Below the pieces are notes generated by a model that worked only from the letters and a program-made list of their open reading frames with translations, was not told the DNA's origin and did not search any database. 64,000 nucleotides of DNA from Trichosphaerium sp. ATCC 40318 (taxonomy: Eukaryota > Protista > Tubulinea): positions 186,001-250,000 of the forward strand of contig JALMLS010000440.1 in assembly GCA_038496445.1 (NCBI GenBank), written 5' to 3'. Both the position numbers and the translations under genes were made by a program. Positions 1-13,411 of this stretch are shown here, piece after piece (positions within the stretch are counted from its first letter, which is position 1; the number at the start of each line of letters is the position of its first letter).

Positions 1-3000
1 TGAAGCCCTAGTATTTTGTTGACCCCCATTCTGCTGAAACTGATGTGATAATCCCAATTGTGTCTGCAATTGCTTGGACGCATTAGGAAATGGTGACTGA
101 GGCTGTATCTGTTGCAGCTGCTGTACTGGAAGAAAACCTGGCGGCTAGACAGTAGTCAGTGAACTGTAAAATAGTACATAACATTGATAGTTCTGTGATA
201 GCGAAGCCGCTCCGGTTGCTCTTGCTGCTCCTGGTGTTGCAACAAATGCAAATTAAAGCGCATACCTGTTGGTGAGGAAACATGTGCGGCTGCATATTGT
301 ATTTAGGTCCATAAAGTGGTTGAGGAAAGACCGGATAAAGAACACCAGAAGGACCATTTGGGATATTAGTTGGTTGTACGGGATGAATAGGATGATGAGG
401 TAAGAATCCTTTTGGAGCGGTTCCCTTTGGAAGGAATTTGGGTGTATGAGGGTTTAAACCTTTCGCAGCTGGTACTTTTCTTGAAGGTGCCTTTGGACTA
501 GTTAGTGCTGTTGAATACCTCATTGGCTGTTTTGGTGAAATTGAAGGCGATCGAAGGCTTTTCTTGGGGGTTGACGGTGTTGGCTTAGGTTTCGGAGATG
601 TCATCTTTGCTCTTTCTTTGGTTCTCTGCTCCTGAAACACGAGTTAAGAATTTGAAGAATTGTAACAGTACTTACTTCTTTGAGTGTTTTCATATAACTA
701 GAGTCAATGATCGATTTATCCATGACTATTACATCCTTTTCACTAATTTTAGAAATATCTGGAGTCGTTCCTGCTGAGACAAAAGTATTTTGTTTCTTGC
801 ATGTTGAGATAATCGTGTTAAGTTCAGGGCATCTAAAAACGTTAAGTTAGTACTGTTATCAGATTTAAGTTAGCTATACGTACCTGCAAACGCATTTCTC
901 ATCACCGACAATTATAGCAAGAGATATTGCCCTACTCAGAGCTGTATTTAACCTTTTAGGGTTGAACACAAAGCCAACCTAGCTCAAATTACGTTTTATT
1001 TTGTAAAAAGAAAGAAATACGTTATGTGTTTGGTCTCCTTTTAAAGCGCCACGTGTTGTACGAACTGTACTGATGATAATCACCTATAGAACTAATATTA
1101 GCTTATATTCAATACAGTAGGGTACATACCTTCCGTTCATGTCCTTGAAACTCAGCAGTACTACCAACTTTTACATTATAGAATTTGCTCTGTTTTAGTA
1201 GATAAGATATCTTTTGGACTTGCTTTCTTGTTGCTGCAATGACACCAATATCTTCCTCATACATACCGTTTCTCTTGAGCGCCTAGAAGTACCTATTTAG
1301 GTTTGGAGCACAAAGTTATCAAAGAACATACATTTATGAGATGCTTTACAGCAATAGCTTCCTTGCTATTAAAGTAAGATGGAGAATCTCCTTCACGCTC
1401 ATCTGTGCTCCCTTGAACATCATAGAACATGATAGGAAAGCTATCATTAGCACCCATGCTAAACTGGAAGTCTATGCTTTATTGTAAACGATGAAATCTT
1501 ATCTGATACAGTACCTTGAATCTCGAGCATTTCAGTATTGTGTGCACATGCTACATACAGTTAATATAAATATGATCAACAAAACGTGCCTATCAGTTTC
1601 CTCTTGTAGAACAACTGAGATAACGAGGTAAGTATCTTTGGATGGTTTCTATAGTTTCTTTGAAGCTCAACACAGAGTCTTGGATCTTTGCGTCCAACAT
1701 AGACCTTAACAATCAATAAGAGGTGCCAACAATATTACAATTATACTTACATCAAGCTCAACAAGATGCTCCATAACTGACTTGTGTAAGCCATGGTGAC
1801 CCGCTATTTGAGATTGAACTACAGGTCCAAGCTGCTTATCATCGCCTTGGGAAGTTCTTGTTAGTACTAATCCATTTTCACTTGTGTACCAGCCATAATT
1901 ATGGTTGTGTCTTTATTTGCCATTGATATTGGAATCAACGCTTCAGCTTGCATCAACTGTGCAGCTTCATCCATGATGATATGAGTAAAATGTCCTGGTT
2001 GGATTCCAAGAGAATACAGTTGTCCAGCTGAACGAACAGTAGTTACAAGAACTTTATATTCCTTCAACTTAGAAAGTGATGGCATCACGAACACTTCCTA
2101 CAAAAAAGTAAGAAAAAACAAAGAAACAACTTACTTTGTACCTTTTCTTCATCGTAGGCTGTATATTTGAATGTAACATCTTTCATCGTCCAACGTTTAC
2201 GATGAATTGCCATAAGACGAAGCATTTCTTTCGGTTTTAAGAACCTTGCAAGCGAAATAACAAAGGTATCGGTAGCACTATGTCAACAATTAGTAATAAA
2301 TTTCGAGAACAGAAAAGCTCTTACCTGTTTGATGGCGCACACACAAGTATTTTTGCAGATCTTTGCTTACAAGTTATTTGATATATAACTTCACAAAGCG
2401 TTCTGGTTTTACCAGTACCAAAAGGACCAAATAAAAGGAATGGAGCACCTTTTTTTTCAACACTTAGAAAGACGTTTTCTAAAAAATAAAAATACCTTTG
2501 TGTTGGCGGTTGAGGATATTGAGAACAGCACTTGCTTGTTCAGGGTTAGCAGATACATGTTTATCAAACCACTTGATTGAATTCATCTTATACATTTTTC
2601 TAGTTGGTGGAGAAAACCCTTGGCAAAGTTAACAATAAAATAATGTGTTTGTGTACTCTTTGGCCAAACTACATCAATGTCTGCAACTTCGATTGCGCGG
2701 TGAAACAATCTAAAGTCTAGCTTAATAAGATGATACATTCTCGAAATAAACTAACCTCATCTCCATTCTATTGTACGAAAATCTAACGTTCCAAAGTTGA
2801 TCTTCATTTGCGAAGGTATAGAATTCAGGAGCTCCAGCCTAAAAGTTGTTTGGGTTCAAACCACTGTAACTAGTTAACTTACAACTATTACACTGTCTTT
2901 CTTCACAAGATACACACGTCCTTCATATGCATACTCAGGTTTTTCATCACGCCACATAAAGATACTATCACCTGGAGAAACAAAGTAAGGAACTATTCTT

Positions 3001-4791
3001 TTTTTTCATATTTTGTACCGGATAGAATTGATGGTCGACCTTCAGCTAATCCTTTCACTTTGACTTCTGTAGAACGTTTTGTAACAGCTCTCAAAGTTCC
3101 TAAATGTCGCCATAAGAAATCACTACCTGGCTCTTAGGCAATACCATTGATCATGTTGTGTTTGACTTCGGTAACTTTACTTTGTCGCAAATCATACCAT
3201 CTAACAAGTTGCTTTTGACGTGCTTCCTAATTTCTTTTAGAATAAACTTGAATACAAACGTTGTTACCTCTATCCATAGTAAGTTGTGAAGCCTATGTCT
3301 CCAGTTTGGTCTCAAATTCCAAGGATTGTAATCATCAACACGATCAACTGCATCAAGACAGTTTTGCATTTCTTCAGGAACAGGGTACTCACCTAGTTTC
3401 TACACAAAGAGTTAGATGTTTGTGGATGGTGTATGCATTACTTACCACTTTATAAGGTGTATACACCGGAGTGTGATAATGATTATTTGAGAAAATGGCT
3501 TGCATTGAAGGTGCAACGAATACTTTTTCGGGATTGTAAGGATCTTGTTCAGAGAACTTTGCTTCAGGATGATTAGTACAAAAATTTACTTCCAGGTAGA
3601 CTATTCATACGTCCTACTGCTGCAAGTTGTTTTTGAGCTTCTTCATCAACAACATTTGCTGAAAGAGCGTGTATGTATTGCTTAACTTTATCTGTGTTTT
3701 GAATCCACAAGTCAATAATAATATGTTTTGTGTAGCAGTTTGGTATTCCTGTAACTTGATTAAACACCATTGGCACCTGATCATTTGTTAGTATTACAAA
3801 CAATTAAATTGTTTATTAACGTTTTAATGTACCTCTAGAGATCCACCATACGCTTTAAGACCCTTGCTACGATATTTATTTCTGTCATTTTTGAAAGAAA
3901 AGAATCCTTTTGAGTTTCCAAAGGTACTGAAAGACCACGTGATGTTCTTTACTTTATACGATACATTTGTGTTGTTCCTGATTGTCATTTTAAACTTTGT
4001 TGTAGAACCAACCAAAGGCGCAATAACCTTGAGTTTAAACAAGTTAGCATACTGTACAGGACAAGTGAGGTTAAGTGTACCCTAGGTAAGTTGTCAACAA
4101 TCTTGAAGTGGCTTGCTGCTTTAGGGCGAGTCTTTTGTTTCCATTGAAGGTGCAAGGCTTTCTCACGCTCGATATCTTGCCTGTTTGAAGAATAAACCTT
4201 CAACAGATAAAAAAAAATAAAATGACGTACCGCCGCACATGTTTATTGTCGTTTCGCAGTTTCGAAGGCTTCATATTTATTGTGCCAAGGCCAGTCACAT
4301 TATGCTTTACTCCTTTCTTAGTATAACTATTAGTAACTTTCGAAGCTTGCGATGGGTCCTGGAACGTTACAAAGCAATGTCCTTGTTTTGTAAATAGAAC
4401 CTAAAAAAAATAATAAATACACATCAGTCCACTATGGAGAGTTGACGTAAAGCTTAACAACCATAGCGGTAATCTTTTTTAAGACGGTTAAACTTCAAGT
4501 ATAGTTCGTTAAATATTCAAACCGTTTATGGCGCTTATGTGATTTACAAGCGCTGTAGGAATTGAAGAAGCGTGTAGAAAAAAAATTTTACGCACGTCCT
4601 GAAGAGGTGTTTTGAAATACGCTTCAAATAATCCTTGTAGTCGTTTTTCATCAGGTAGAGGCTGTTTACAGCGTACGAAGTATACAAAAACTTTAAACTC
4701 ACTGGTTACAGCGTTTAGACTATAAAAAGGTAAGTAGAGCGCTAAAATAACGTTGTTACCCATTGTTGGCTTTTTTTGGTAGGTTGGCCAT
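1..4791 (-). CDS. MOV10/SDE3/Armitage-like SF1 (UPF1-like) RNA helicase with N-terminal RRM-like domain and Pro/Gln-rich tail; multi-exon, 3' end runs off the window
   Basis: Spliced motifs on the minus strand: [13 protein letters not shown] (Walker A, ~2405-2445), [19 protein letters not shown] (Walker B), [34 protein letters not shown], and the MOV10-typical [16 protein letters not shown]1-like KQGHCFVTF near 4370. ATG at 4791 ([11 protein letters not shown]) splices in frame to the next exon. Confidence 0.88.
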
Positions 4792-5905
4792 GATATGCCA
4801 CAACAATAACCTGTATGTATACTACGTATGTGGAGTCGTTAACAGTTGTTAAAATCTGGTTTTGATTGACTGGGAGATAGCTGTTCTCTCAGAGGAAATC
4901 ACAACTTTTCTTTGCACAAACCAGAACGTTAGATTGCGCATATCAATAAGGGGACGCCCAGGGCTAAAGATCCCCTCTCTTCAGTGTGGATCTAGCATAA
5001 CCTTTAGACTCACCCTCAAGAGCAAATGTGTTGATCAAGAGACAACAAAAATAGATACTGCGTTGTTGGTGGTTGGTTGGCGGAAAAGTAGTTCGAGGTA
5101 CTGTTGTAGGAGGCAATGTCGGAGGAGCTGTATAGGAAGGGTCGTTGGTGTTCAGTAGGAGGCTTGGAAAGCTATCACATTAAGCGGAAACAAGTTATGA
5201 ATGCCTCAACACTGTTAGCTGTATGTTTTTCTATGGTTTGTTCAATCACGTGGTTTGAACGGTTGGATTCGCTAGCTTGAAGAATAGCAATTGTTCTTTT
5301 TGTCAGTACTCAAAGATGTCATCATTTATTTCAATGACCGCTAGCCGCAAGCATTATCAAAGCAGCAATTTTTCCCTTATATATCACATGTGAATCTGTA
5401 GTGCGTGTCAGTTATCATCAATTAACACATATCTGCAAATTTCAACGGCTCTCACCAGTAGATTAAACAAGTCTCAATAGTCAAAAAAAGTGATAACCTC
5501 CTATCCACCTAAGTGTGCACGTGCATCAAAGTGATGACTAGGGTATTGGTTACACCTAGCTGTCACTTTCGCGCTCTTTTTGTGGTTTGAGGATAGTCAT
5601 TTAACAAAAAGCACACGTGTTTACACAAACACTGCAATCCTCTCCAAAACAGTCCTCTGAATACTCCACCATATTTTAAGTTGAAGTAGGGCAAAAAAAA
5701 TACGACGTTCTTAGTGATGGCTGATTAAAATTCAGTGTTAGCAAGCACAAGAACGCACAGCATTATCAACCAGAAATGCGTTGATATGTTAGGGTATTTT
5801 TTACTGAAATAATGTGGCGTTCTATGTTATGAGAAGGTTGTGATGCATTTCATCGTTAGTTTTCATTCATCACAACACAGTAAACAACACAACAGCAAAA
5901 ATCTA

Positions 5906-6824
5906 ATGAGCGCCGGTGGAGATTACACTTACACTTTTACCTTTGGGTCCGAAGTTACAATCTTGGCATGCTTCGATGTACAAAAGGTAGTCTTGTACAA
6001 CGTTATAGCATTGGTTTTCCACCTTACGAACTATATTTTAGGGCTCGTGGCGCAAAGATAAGCTCAAATGGCTGAAAGTAAACGGAGACACTCAAAAAGA
6101 CATCACGTTTGTAAACAGATACAAGGACGGCATTGAAGAAGAGATAACGTTCGAACACAAGGGAACGAAATATCGCTTAGCTTGGATCTCCGTTTTAGGT
6201 CGTTGGTGTGTATCAACATCACGTAGTATGGCGCCTTGTGCCCCTAAAGTACCAAAACCAAAAGATAACTCAGTTCGACCTGCTGAATTGAGTGGTATCA
6301 ACGGATACATCGACGAAATCAAGGCAAGCTACTTTTGTTGGAGATGGATGAAAGACGCCGATGGTGTTAAACGTCGAGCACTTACCATTGAAGACAGAGG
6401 ATCTTCCGCTTGCTCTGCACCAATCAAGTATCGGTAAGACCTAGCTTGCTTTGACTTTGTTGTATCCTTACTTATTTTTTTCTTATTTAGCCCACGTGAT
6501 TTTGTTGGTGTGGATGATAGTTTTGCCAAAGATTTTGGTAAATCATACTTTTGTTGGAGATGGTATAAACGCGGTCTTATTGAGTCCTTCCGCCTTGTGA
6601 CTATTGAAGACAAGGATGGCGATGTGTACGAAAATGATGATCCTGTTGTTTCTCCAATAAGTCTTCAAGGTAATGAATCAATTACCTAAAGTACCATTGT
6701 GTTGTTACTAACGCTTTGATTTACAGGTATCAATGGATACAGTTCTGGAATAGAAAAGATGAAATGGAATTGGAAATGGTTCTCACGTCCTGGCAGCAAG
6801 TACCGTGTCTTGGTAATCGAATAA
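5906..6824 (+). CDS. Uncharacterised 4-exon protein with three ~40-aa Trp-rich repeats (copy A)
   Basis: Splices to MSAGGDYTYTF...QK|GSWRKDK...PIKYR|PRDFVG...SLQ|GINGY...RVLVIE*. Exon structure is conserved with the inverted paralog at 9140-10056. Confidence 0.8.
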
Positions 6825-7068
6825 ATCATTATATTGTCCGCCCAAGAGCACCAACTCAGTCATTAACCAAATAAACAAGTTCATCTATTAGTTCTGGTGT
6901 ATTGTTATGCTCTACATAAAATGTAGCTTCATGTAGAAGTAAAAACTTCAAACTAAGGTCATACAGTTCATTGCACTATTACTCATCTATAAAGATCACC
7001 TGATAGCAAATAGTGCACAAGTCAAAAATCAGTCATGGTCAAAAGATACTTTTGCTTTCTCCAAACAA

Positions 7069-8937
7069 ATGGCACCATTCATAAACTCGTACATGTTCTT
7101 GGTACTGGTGCTCTTATTTAATATCGAAACATGTCAAAGTGTATGCTACGGTGCTCCTGATTCTATAGTTGCTCTCTACAAGTTCGAAGAAGACAGTAAT
7201 ATACCCATCAATTCGATAAACAATCCGAACGTAATTTCTCGGTTCTCAACAGCATCAGGTGATGTCATTACCACGGTGAGTTGTAATTAGGAATTTGCAT
7301 CACTTGTATTTAATAAAACCTACATGGCATTATGGTGGCGCTTCCGTTCAACGGAATAAACAATAACGATTTTTTCAAATTAATCACGTGCTCCTATAAA
7401 ACTCCGTTGAAACTTATTTTGTTTGTTGACTTCCCGCACTTCGCTGTTGTTTTAACATCCCGCAGGGTCATGTGGGCAACGGAGTGTTTTTAGATGGTAC
7501 AGGAGCTTTTGAAGTAGACACTGGCGATGTAAAGGGCACCAATTTCAGTAAGAAACATTTCATAAGCCAGTTTGAACCGGTATCAATTTTAGGCAAAATT
7601 TAGTAACATACTGAATTTTAGGTAATTTCACTGTTGAGTTCTGGTTCATGCTGATTGTTGAACCAGTTGACATCAAAAATTTGTTTTATATGTTCAATGG
7701 TACCGGTTTACAAGTTTCTGTATCTCCACAAGCACATTTGTTAGCAACATATATATCAAACGGTGGCCAGCAATTTGTACCTGATGCATCTCATGTTCTG
7801 CTCGATGGCCAATGGCATCACATAGCTGTAACTTTCTCTGAGTAAATTGTTGATTATAAAAGATTATAACTCACTAGGTTAGGCGCTCCTATCAGATTAT
7901 CATTTATCTTGATGGGAATATTAGTCATACTAGTTCTCTACTCTCATGTTGTATGACTCATTCTGGAAACCCGTTCGAAATTGGACAGAAGGGACTTATC
8001 CTTGAATTAGATGAAGTACTGTACAGCCAAACACATTTTGTACCTAACAGTACATTTAACAGGTATCTTATTATACTACGACACTAGTACCTTCGGAGAT
8101 ATCAAGTATCTACGCAGCAGGTAAAACTTAAGTTCTATTTCAACAAAAAAGAGTTTGCTCCTCAATCCTGTTTAGGGCAAGCTGGCAAATGCGTCGAACC
8201 AACACAAGTGGAATTGAAGCCCAAAGTAATTGCTCTTGAATCACTTGGTGCAACATGCTCGAACAACACTTTTTGTGTTTTCTTTAACCAAAATGTTGCG
8301 CTAGCCGGAGAGTTAGACTTGCGTGGTATCACCATCAAAGTACAAGGTACAAAATGAATAACAACCTTGTAATATACTAATGTGGTGTTAGGGAACATCT
8401 CATTTGATAGCGCTGTAATCACAGTTGATGAGAATACAACGATAATTGTTGAAGGATGTACTTCATTTGGTACTCTCACAGTTTCACTTGATTCTGTAGT
8501 TACCGGATTTGAATTATTCAACTCTAATTCATTCTGTGATGAATCTTCAGTTGAGGATGTATTGGTCAAGCGTGCTTCTGGTTGCTCATCACTAAAATCA
8601 GGTACAGTATTTTTTGATTGTTAGGATACGTGTTTATTGTATTTGTAGAATTGTCTTCTACACGTGCTCTATTCTTTATTGGAGATATATTCCCGTGTAC
8701 TTCAGGAGCTATACAATTATACCGTTCTCTTCTATTTATGATACTACTACTTGTGTTGTTGGCACAGTTGTAAGCCAATTTGTACTGTTACAAAGCTTGT
8801 AAATGCGTTGCTATAAAGTATCTTTGAATATTCCATTGGCTGATACGTCAAAGTACCTTTGTCTTAACGAACACCAACGATCATTGCTTTCAACAATCTG
8901 TGATCGCTTCGAACGTACAAAGGACAGCCAGTTCTAA
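7069..8937 (+). CDS. Secreted LamG/concanavalin A-like (Laminin_G_3) domain protein; 3' end approximate
   Basis: Signal peptide MAPFINSYMFLVLVLLFNIETCQS, then IVALYKFEE, GNGVFLDG, FTVEFWF, DGQWHHIAVTF, IYLDG, LDEV and EISSIY, in the motif order of a LamG jellyroll. Confidence 0.75.
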
Positions 8938-9139
8938 TGTCATTAATGGTTACTCAAACGGTGCTGCTATTATTGAGTTTATAGCGCTGTTGAAATGAGC
9001 ATAAGTTTGACAAGTCGCAAGCTAGGCTAGTAGACGTGTCTCTTTAACTTGCACCAATGAATCAAGAGTCAAACTATATTTCAGTTTATTTATACTCAAA
9101 TTGCTGAAACACTTCTTCAGCGTTGGAAGGACAAGAGAT

Positions 9140-10056
9140 TTACTCGATTACTAATATACGGTACTTGCCACCAGACCCTGAGAACCATTTCCAATTCCAT
9201 TTCATCTTTTCTATTCCAGAACTGTATCCATTGATACCTGTAAATCAAAGCGTTAGTAACAACACAATGGTACTTTAGGTAATTGATTCATTACCTTGAA
9301 GACTTATTGGAGAAACAACAGGATCATCATTTTCGTACACATCGCCATCCTTGTCTTCGACAGTCACAAAACGAAACGTGTCATTGCCACGTTTAAACTG
9401 TCTCCAACAAAAGTATGATTTACCAAAATCTTTGGCAAAACCATCAACACCAACAAAATCACGTGGTCTAAACAAGAAAAAAATGAGTAAAGAAAGGTCA
9501 GTCACGCAATTCTTTAGCGATCTTACCGATAACTGATTGGCTCTGTACATGCAGGAGCTCCTCCTTTATCTTCAATGGTAAGCGCACGACGTTTAACACC
9601 ATCGGCGTCTTGCATCCATCTCCAACAAAAGTAGCTTGCCTTGATTTGATCGATGTATCCGTTGATACCGCACAATTCAGCTGGGCGAACTGCGTTATCT
9701 TTTGGTTTTGATACTTTAGGGGCACAAGGCGCCATACTACGTGATGTTGATACACACCAACGACCTAAAACAGAGATCCAAGCCAGAATATACTTGGTTC
9801 CCTTGTACTCAAAAGTTATCTCTTCTTCAATGCCGTCCTTGTATCTGTTTACAAACGTGATGTCTTTTAGAGTATCTCCGTTTACTTTCAGCCATTTTAG
9901 CTTTTCTTTGCGCCACGAGCCCTAAAAATAGTTCGTAAGGCAAGCCATCAATGCTGTAACATTGTAAAAGACTACCTTTTGTACATCGAAGCATGCCAAG
10001 ATTGTAACTTCGGACCCAAAGGTAAAAGTGTAAGTGTAATCTCCACCGGCGCTCAT
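9140..10056 (-). CDS. Uncharacterised triple-repeat protein (copy B, inverted paralog of 5906-6824)
   Basis: Reverse complement aligns with copy A across all exons and about 110 bp upstream; ends RILVIE*. Confidence 0.8.
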
Positions 10057-10728
10057 TAGATTTGCTGTTGTGTTGTTTACTGTGTTGTGGTAAATGAAAA
10101 TTAACGATCAATGCATCACAACCTTCTAATAACGCAGAACGCCACATTTATTCAGATAAAAATTACAAAACATAGCAACGTCCCTCAACACGTGTTACTA
10201 TGACATATGTCTCTGGCGCTCATTTCTACTCTTTTGAGAGGTTTTCCGGAGTTAAACTACAGTGCTAAAACCTCAACAAACTAACTCAAAGCTAAACATT
10301 GGTGTTTTATGTTCGAACCACACTGTTTGTAACGCGAATGCTAAACTGCTATACAGCTTCGCGTATTTTTTACAGACTTTCCATACTTAGTACAACAGAA
10401 ACAATAACATCAAGAAGACAACAGTTTGGCATACCTACAGATGGATCATAGTTTGCTTGTAAAGTACTTGGCATTCTTATACCACACTGTATTAAAAGGA
10501 CAGTTTAACCATCCTATAATGTTTGTTGTCATACCTAAACAGTTTCCGTTACTCTTGTTGTAGCACGCTCTAAGCACAACAGCAACACAACCAATAATAT
10601 GAGAAAAAAACTTCTCTTAGACTATTTTTAGAAACCTCTATTATCTTACTCCTACCTCATCCAATTGGGAGGAAGACAATATCTACTCCGGCCCTTGATA
10701 GTCTTGTTTACTAGCCAACAAGAATATA

Positions 10729-11028
10729 CATGGGCACTGCTTTTGAGACAGTTTTTTCGAATTCTTTTTCTCGCAAATGGAATGAAACGAATCTCTGATT
10801 TTTGATTTTTAAGGAATTCAGAATCTTTGAGACGTTTTTTCTCACTCAGACTATCCTAGTTCAATTACTATTTGAACATGCATCTATACTATAGGATTGA
10901 TTTCCATTGCGAGTTGGCTACGTACCGAGAAAAAGTACCAACAGTCATAGCAATTTTTTACAAAGTAGCTCATTTTTTCAAAAAATGATGGAATTTCTGA
11001 AACTGTCTCAAAAGCGATGCTGCCCATG
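10729..11028. mobile_element. Putative ~300-bp MITE
   Basis: Left end CATGGGCACTGCTTTTGAGACAGTTT versus reverse complement of right end CATGGGCAGCATCGCTTTTGAGACAGTTT. Non-coding interior. TSD imperfect (tata/ttta). Confidence 0.6.
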
Positions 11029-11224
11029 TTTATCGTCAACCACTTTAAACTACAAAACTAATTTCCACTGTATTTTAGAGTTAGACATTACACAACATGT
11101 TGTAAATAGATCTCGAGAAAGTTTGTGAAATCTCTTTCTATGGTTTGAATAAGAATGCAACAAAATTCTAGTGATCAACACATGCACAAAAACGCCTTTG
11201 AGCTTGCTATGTGCAACTCATGTA

Positions 11225-11445
11225 CACCAATTAATACCTTGGCACCCTCTTTAGTTGCACGCGTATCATATAAGGTAATGGTATGATCACCAACTAAGTA
11301 CTTCAAACATTCATCTGTCTTTCTAATTCAATCTCATGAACACATGCCAAAGCCTTGCCGCCCTCATCTGTAATTGAAGTACAAGATAAGTCAATTGTAT
11401 GAACACCAGCTAAAGCCTTGATACCCTCATCTGTTATATTGACAT
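11225..11445 (-). pseudogene. LRR relic related to the F-box-LRR gene
   Basis: ITDEGIKALAGVHTIDLSCTSITDEGGKALACVHEI matches the repeats of 13412-14170, then degrades; no F-box or start found. Confidence 0.7.
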
Positions 11446-11673
11446 AGTATGTTGTGTTATAGGCAATACAATTTGAAATAGACTGTGGTCGATTATTGTT
11501 GGCTAAGGCGATTTGTAATTTAGCAACCAAGCCTTGTGTGATTCCCTGAAACCGAACACCATACTGACTTATTTTTAGGCACAAACCAGGCTAGAGAGCT
11601 GTTACTCTCGGGTACATGTTTCCATTTCAAGATTGAGGATAGCTTAAACAAAAAACATGAGATTTTATTCCAA

Positions 11674-12966
11674 TTATACACCAGATAGTTCTCTATCCGG
11701 AGGATGGTACTCTGTAGTAGAACCGTATTCACCTTCCCTTCTGGTGGCTGTATTAAAGATAAACATGACTCCATCTTTGACATAGCCAGGTACATTCATC
11801 CAAAAGTAATAGTTTGGAAGCAAATGATGCTTGTCACTCCATGGTTGTTGCCTGTAACAGAATTTAATTAATCAATAATTTCATACCATGACAAGGTACC
11901 TTTTAAATCGGTTCCACATGACACCAGAAACAACGTATAAGACAATAGCCACGATGAACAAAATGAGAAGGATCGTTCCAACACTAACACCACCTTTCCC
12001 ATTGCTGACTTCTTTTACCACTGGACAAGCTTCCTTTGACCTTAGTGTTATCTAGTAAAGAAAGTCAAAGACTAACAAACGAAGGTTTGTTGTTTGCATA
12101 CTTTAGGATGATATGAGTCTACGTTATCAACAAGAGTGTTCTCAAACCCTATTTAAGTTATTTTTATACATGTCACGTGTTTAACCGAAAGTCTGTATTC
12201 ATACCGTTGAAATTTGGGTCACAAATCAGCATAACTGTAGATTTTGCATTTAGATCACCCGCTATTATGTAAAATTCAGAAACCTTGGAAGAAGAAGAAA
12301 AAAAGAGATGTACACGTGAACTGAAACTCTACTCCTTCATCTCCATAGCTATTTTTATAATGACGAATACTTGTCGTTTCTGACGTATACTTTCCTTCGC
12401 AGTACGAACTACTGTACCTACTTGAACACACCGCACATTGATTATTGCCTTTACAAAAGAGTCAAATTAACAAACAAAAAACTGCTGACGTTTTTATCAC
12501 AAACGCACCTACGTTACCGCAACTTTGGCCGTGGCCACAGACAGACCACTTAAAATACCATTCAGTTCCAGAACTACCTTTATTTTCTTGAATACCCAAG
12601 GCCTAATCACGTGATTAATAAAAAAAATAAAGAAAGTAGATCAGAATGATGCTTTTGGAATTTTTCGCTTTCCCACAGTACACGCTAGGGCACCTAGCTC
12701 TCTGTCTAGCATAACTGCTATTTCGCTTATTTGTAAGAAATAAAATCCCTATTTTGGTATAAAAAGATTAAAGTAACTAACGTACAGTCAGAGCAGAAAG
12801 ATCATACTTCTTGCCACCAACTATTTCCATTTAAATCATTCTTTTAAAATAAAAACTAACACTTACCCTCAAGTCGGGAACAGTCAGGTGGGAAAGCAGA
12901 AGTGATGACAAAGAGAGTAGTGATAAGGAGAGCAAGTGTTACCATTGAGTCTTTATCGAAAAACAT
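11674..12966 (-). CDS. ATG27 / cation-dependent mannose-6-phosphate receptor-like type I membrane protein
   Basis: Signal peptide; MRH-like exons (KKYDLSAL, YFKWSVCG, STVMLICD, ITLRSKEACP); TM GTILLILFIVAIVLYVVSGVMW; tail LPNYYFWMNVPGYVKDG typical of this family. Confidence 0.8.
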
Positions 12967-13140
12967 GCACTTAAACTTGGTGCACTTAACATCTTTCTGT
13001 TTTGTTTATGTTGTTACGGTGTAATTTTTTCCTTGAACTTAGCGTCAAAAGTCACGTGCCGTAAAAATTTAGGAAGCATCATTTCTCCGAAAACGTTGAG
13101 TGGCTAGCATCCTGCTCATGACTGTACAAATGTGGAATTG

Positions 13141-13330
13141 ATGACTACCGCTTCACCAACTACGCCTTTGCCATCTCTTAAACCTTCCATTTGAGTTACA
13201 GCTCGATATTATTGATTTGGATACAGAAATTTATCTAATATGGCCTGTTTTATCAAAATACACAGCAACAACCACAAGATTTGATGATGAGTTAAAGAAA
13301 CATGGGAAATGGAAAAAAATCAAAAAAAAA
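13141..13330 (+). pseudogene. Truncated, frameshifted copy of the F-box-like 5' end of the MORN gene at 23711-23899
   Basis: Near-identical DNA to the reverse complement of 23725-23899 (LLNLPFELQLDIIDLDTEIYLIWPVLSKYTATTTRFDDELKKHGKW); ends in A-runs. Confidence 0.8.
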
Positions 13331-13411
13331 TACAGAAGCAATCAAAATCCTCAAAATCGTTTTTACGATCATTCACAAAGGTCAACTTTATTTTAAGTTC
13401 AAGTTTTTGTT

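Noticed and set aside
4862-5160. Pro/Thr-rich minus-strand reading upstream of the helicase
   Set aside because: No recognisable domain or complete gene model.
6092-9925. Antisense ORFs shared by both inverted copies (e.g. 6329-6613, 9351-9536)
   Set aside because: Shadows of the real spliced genes; their similarity follows from the duplication.
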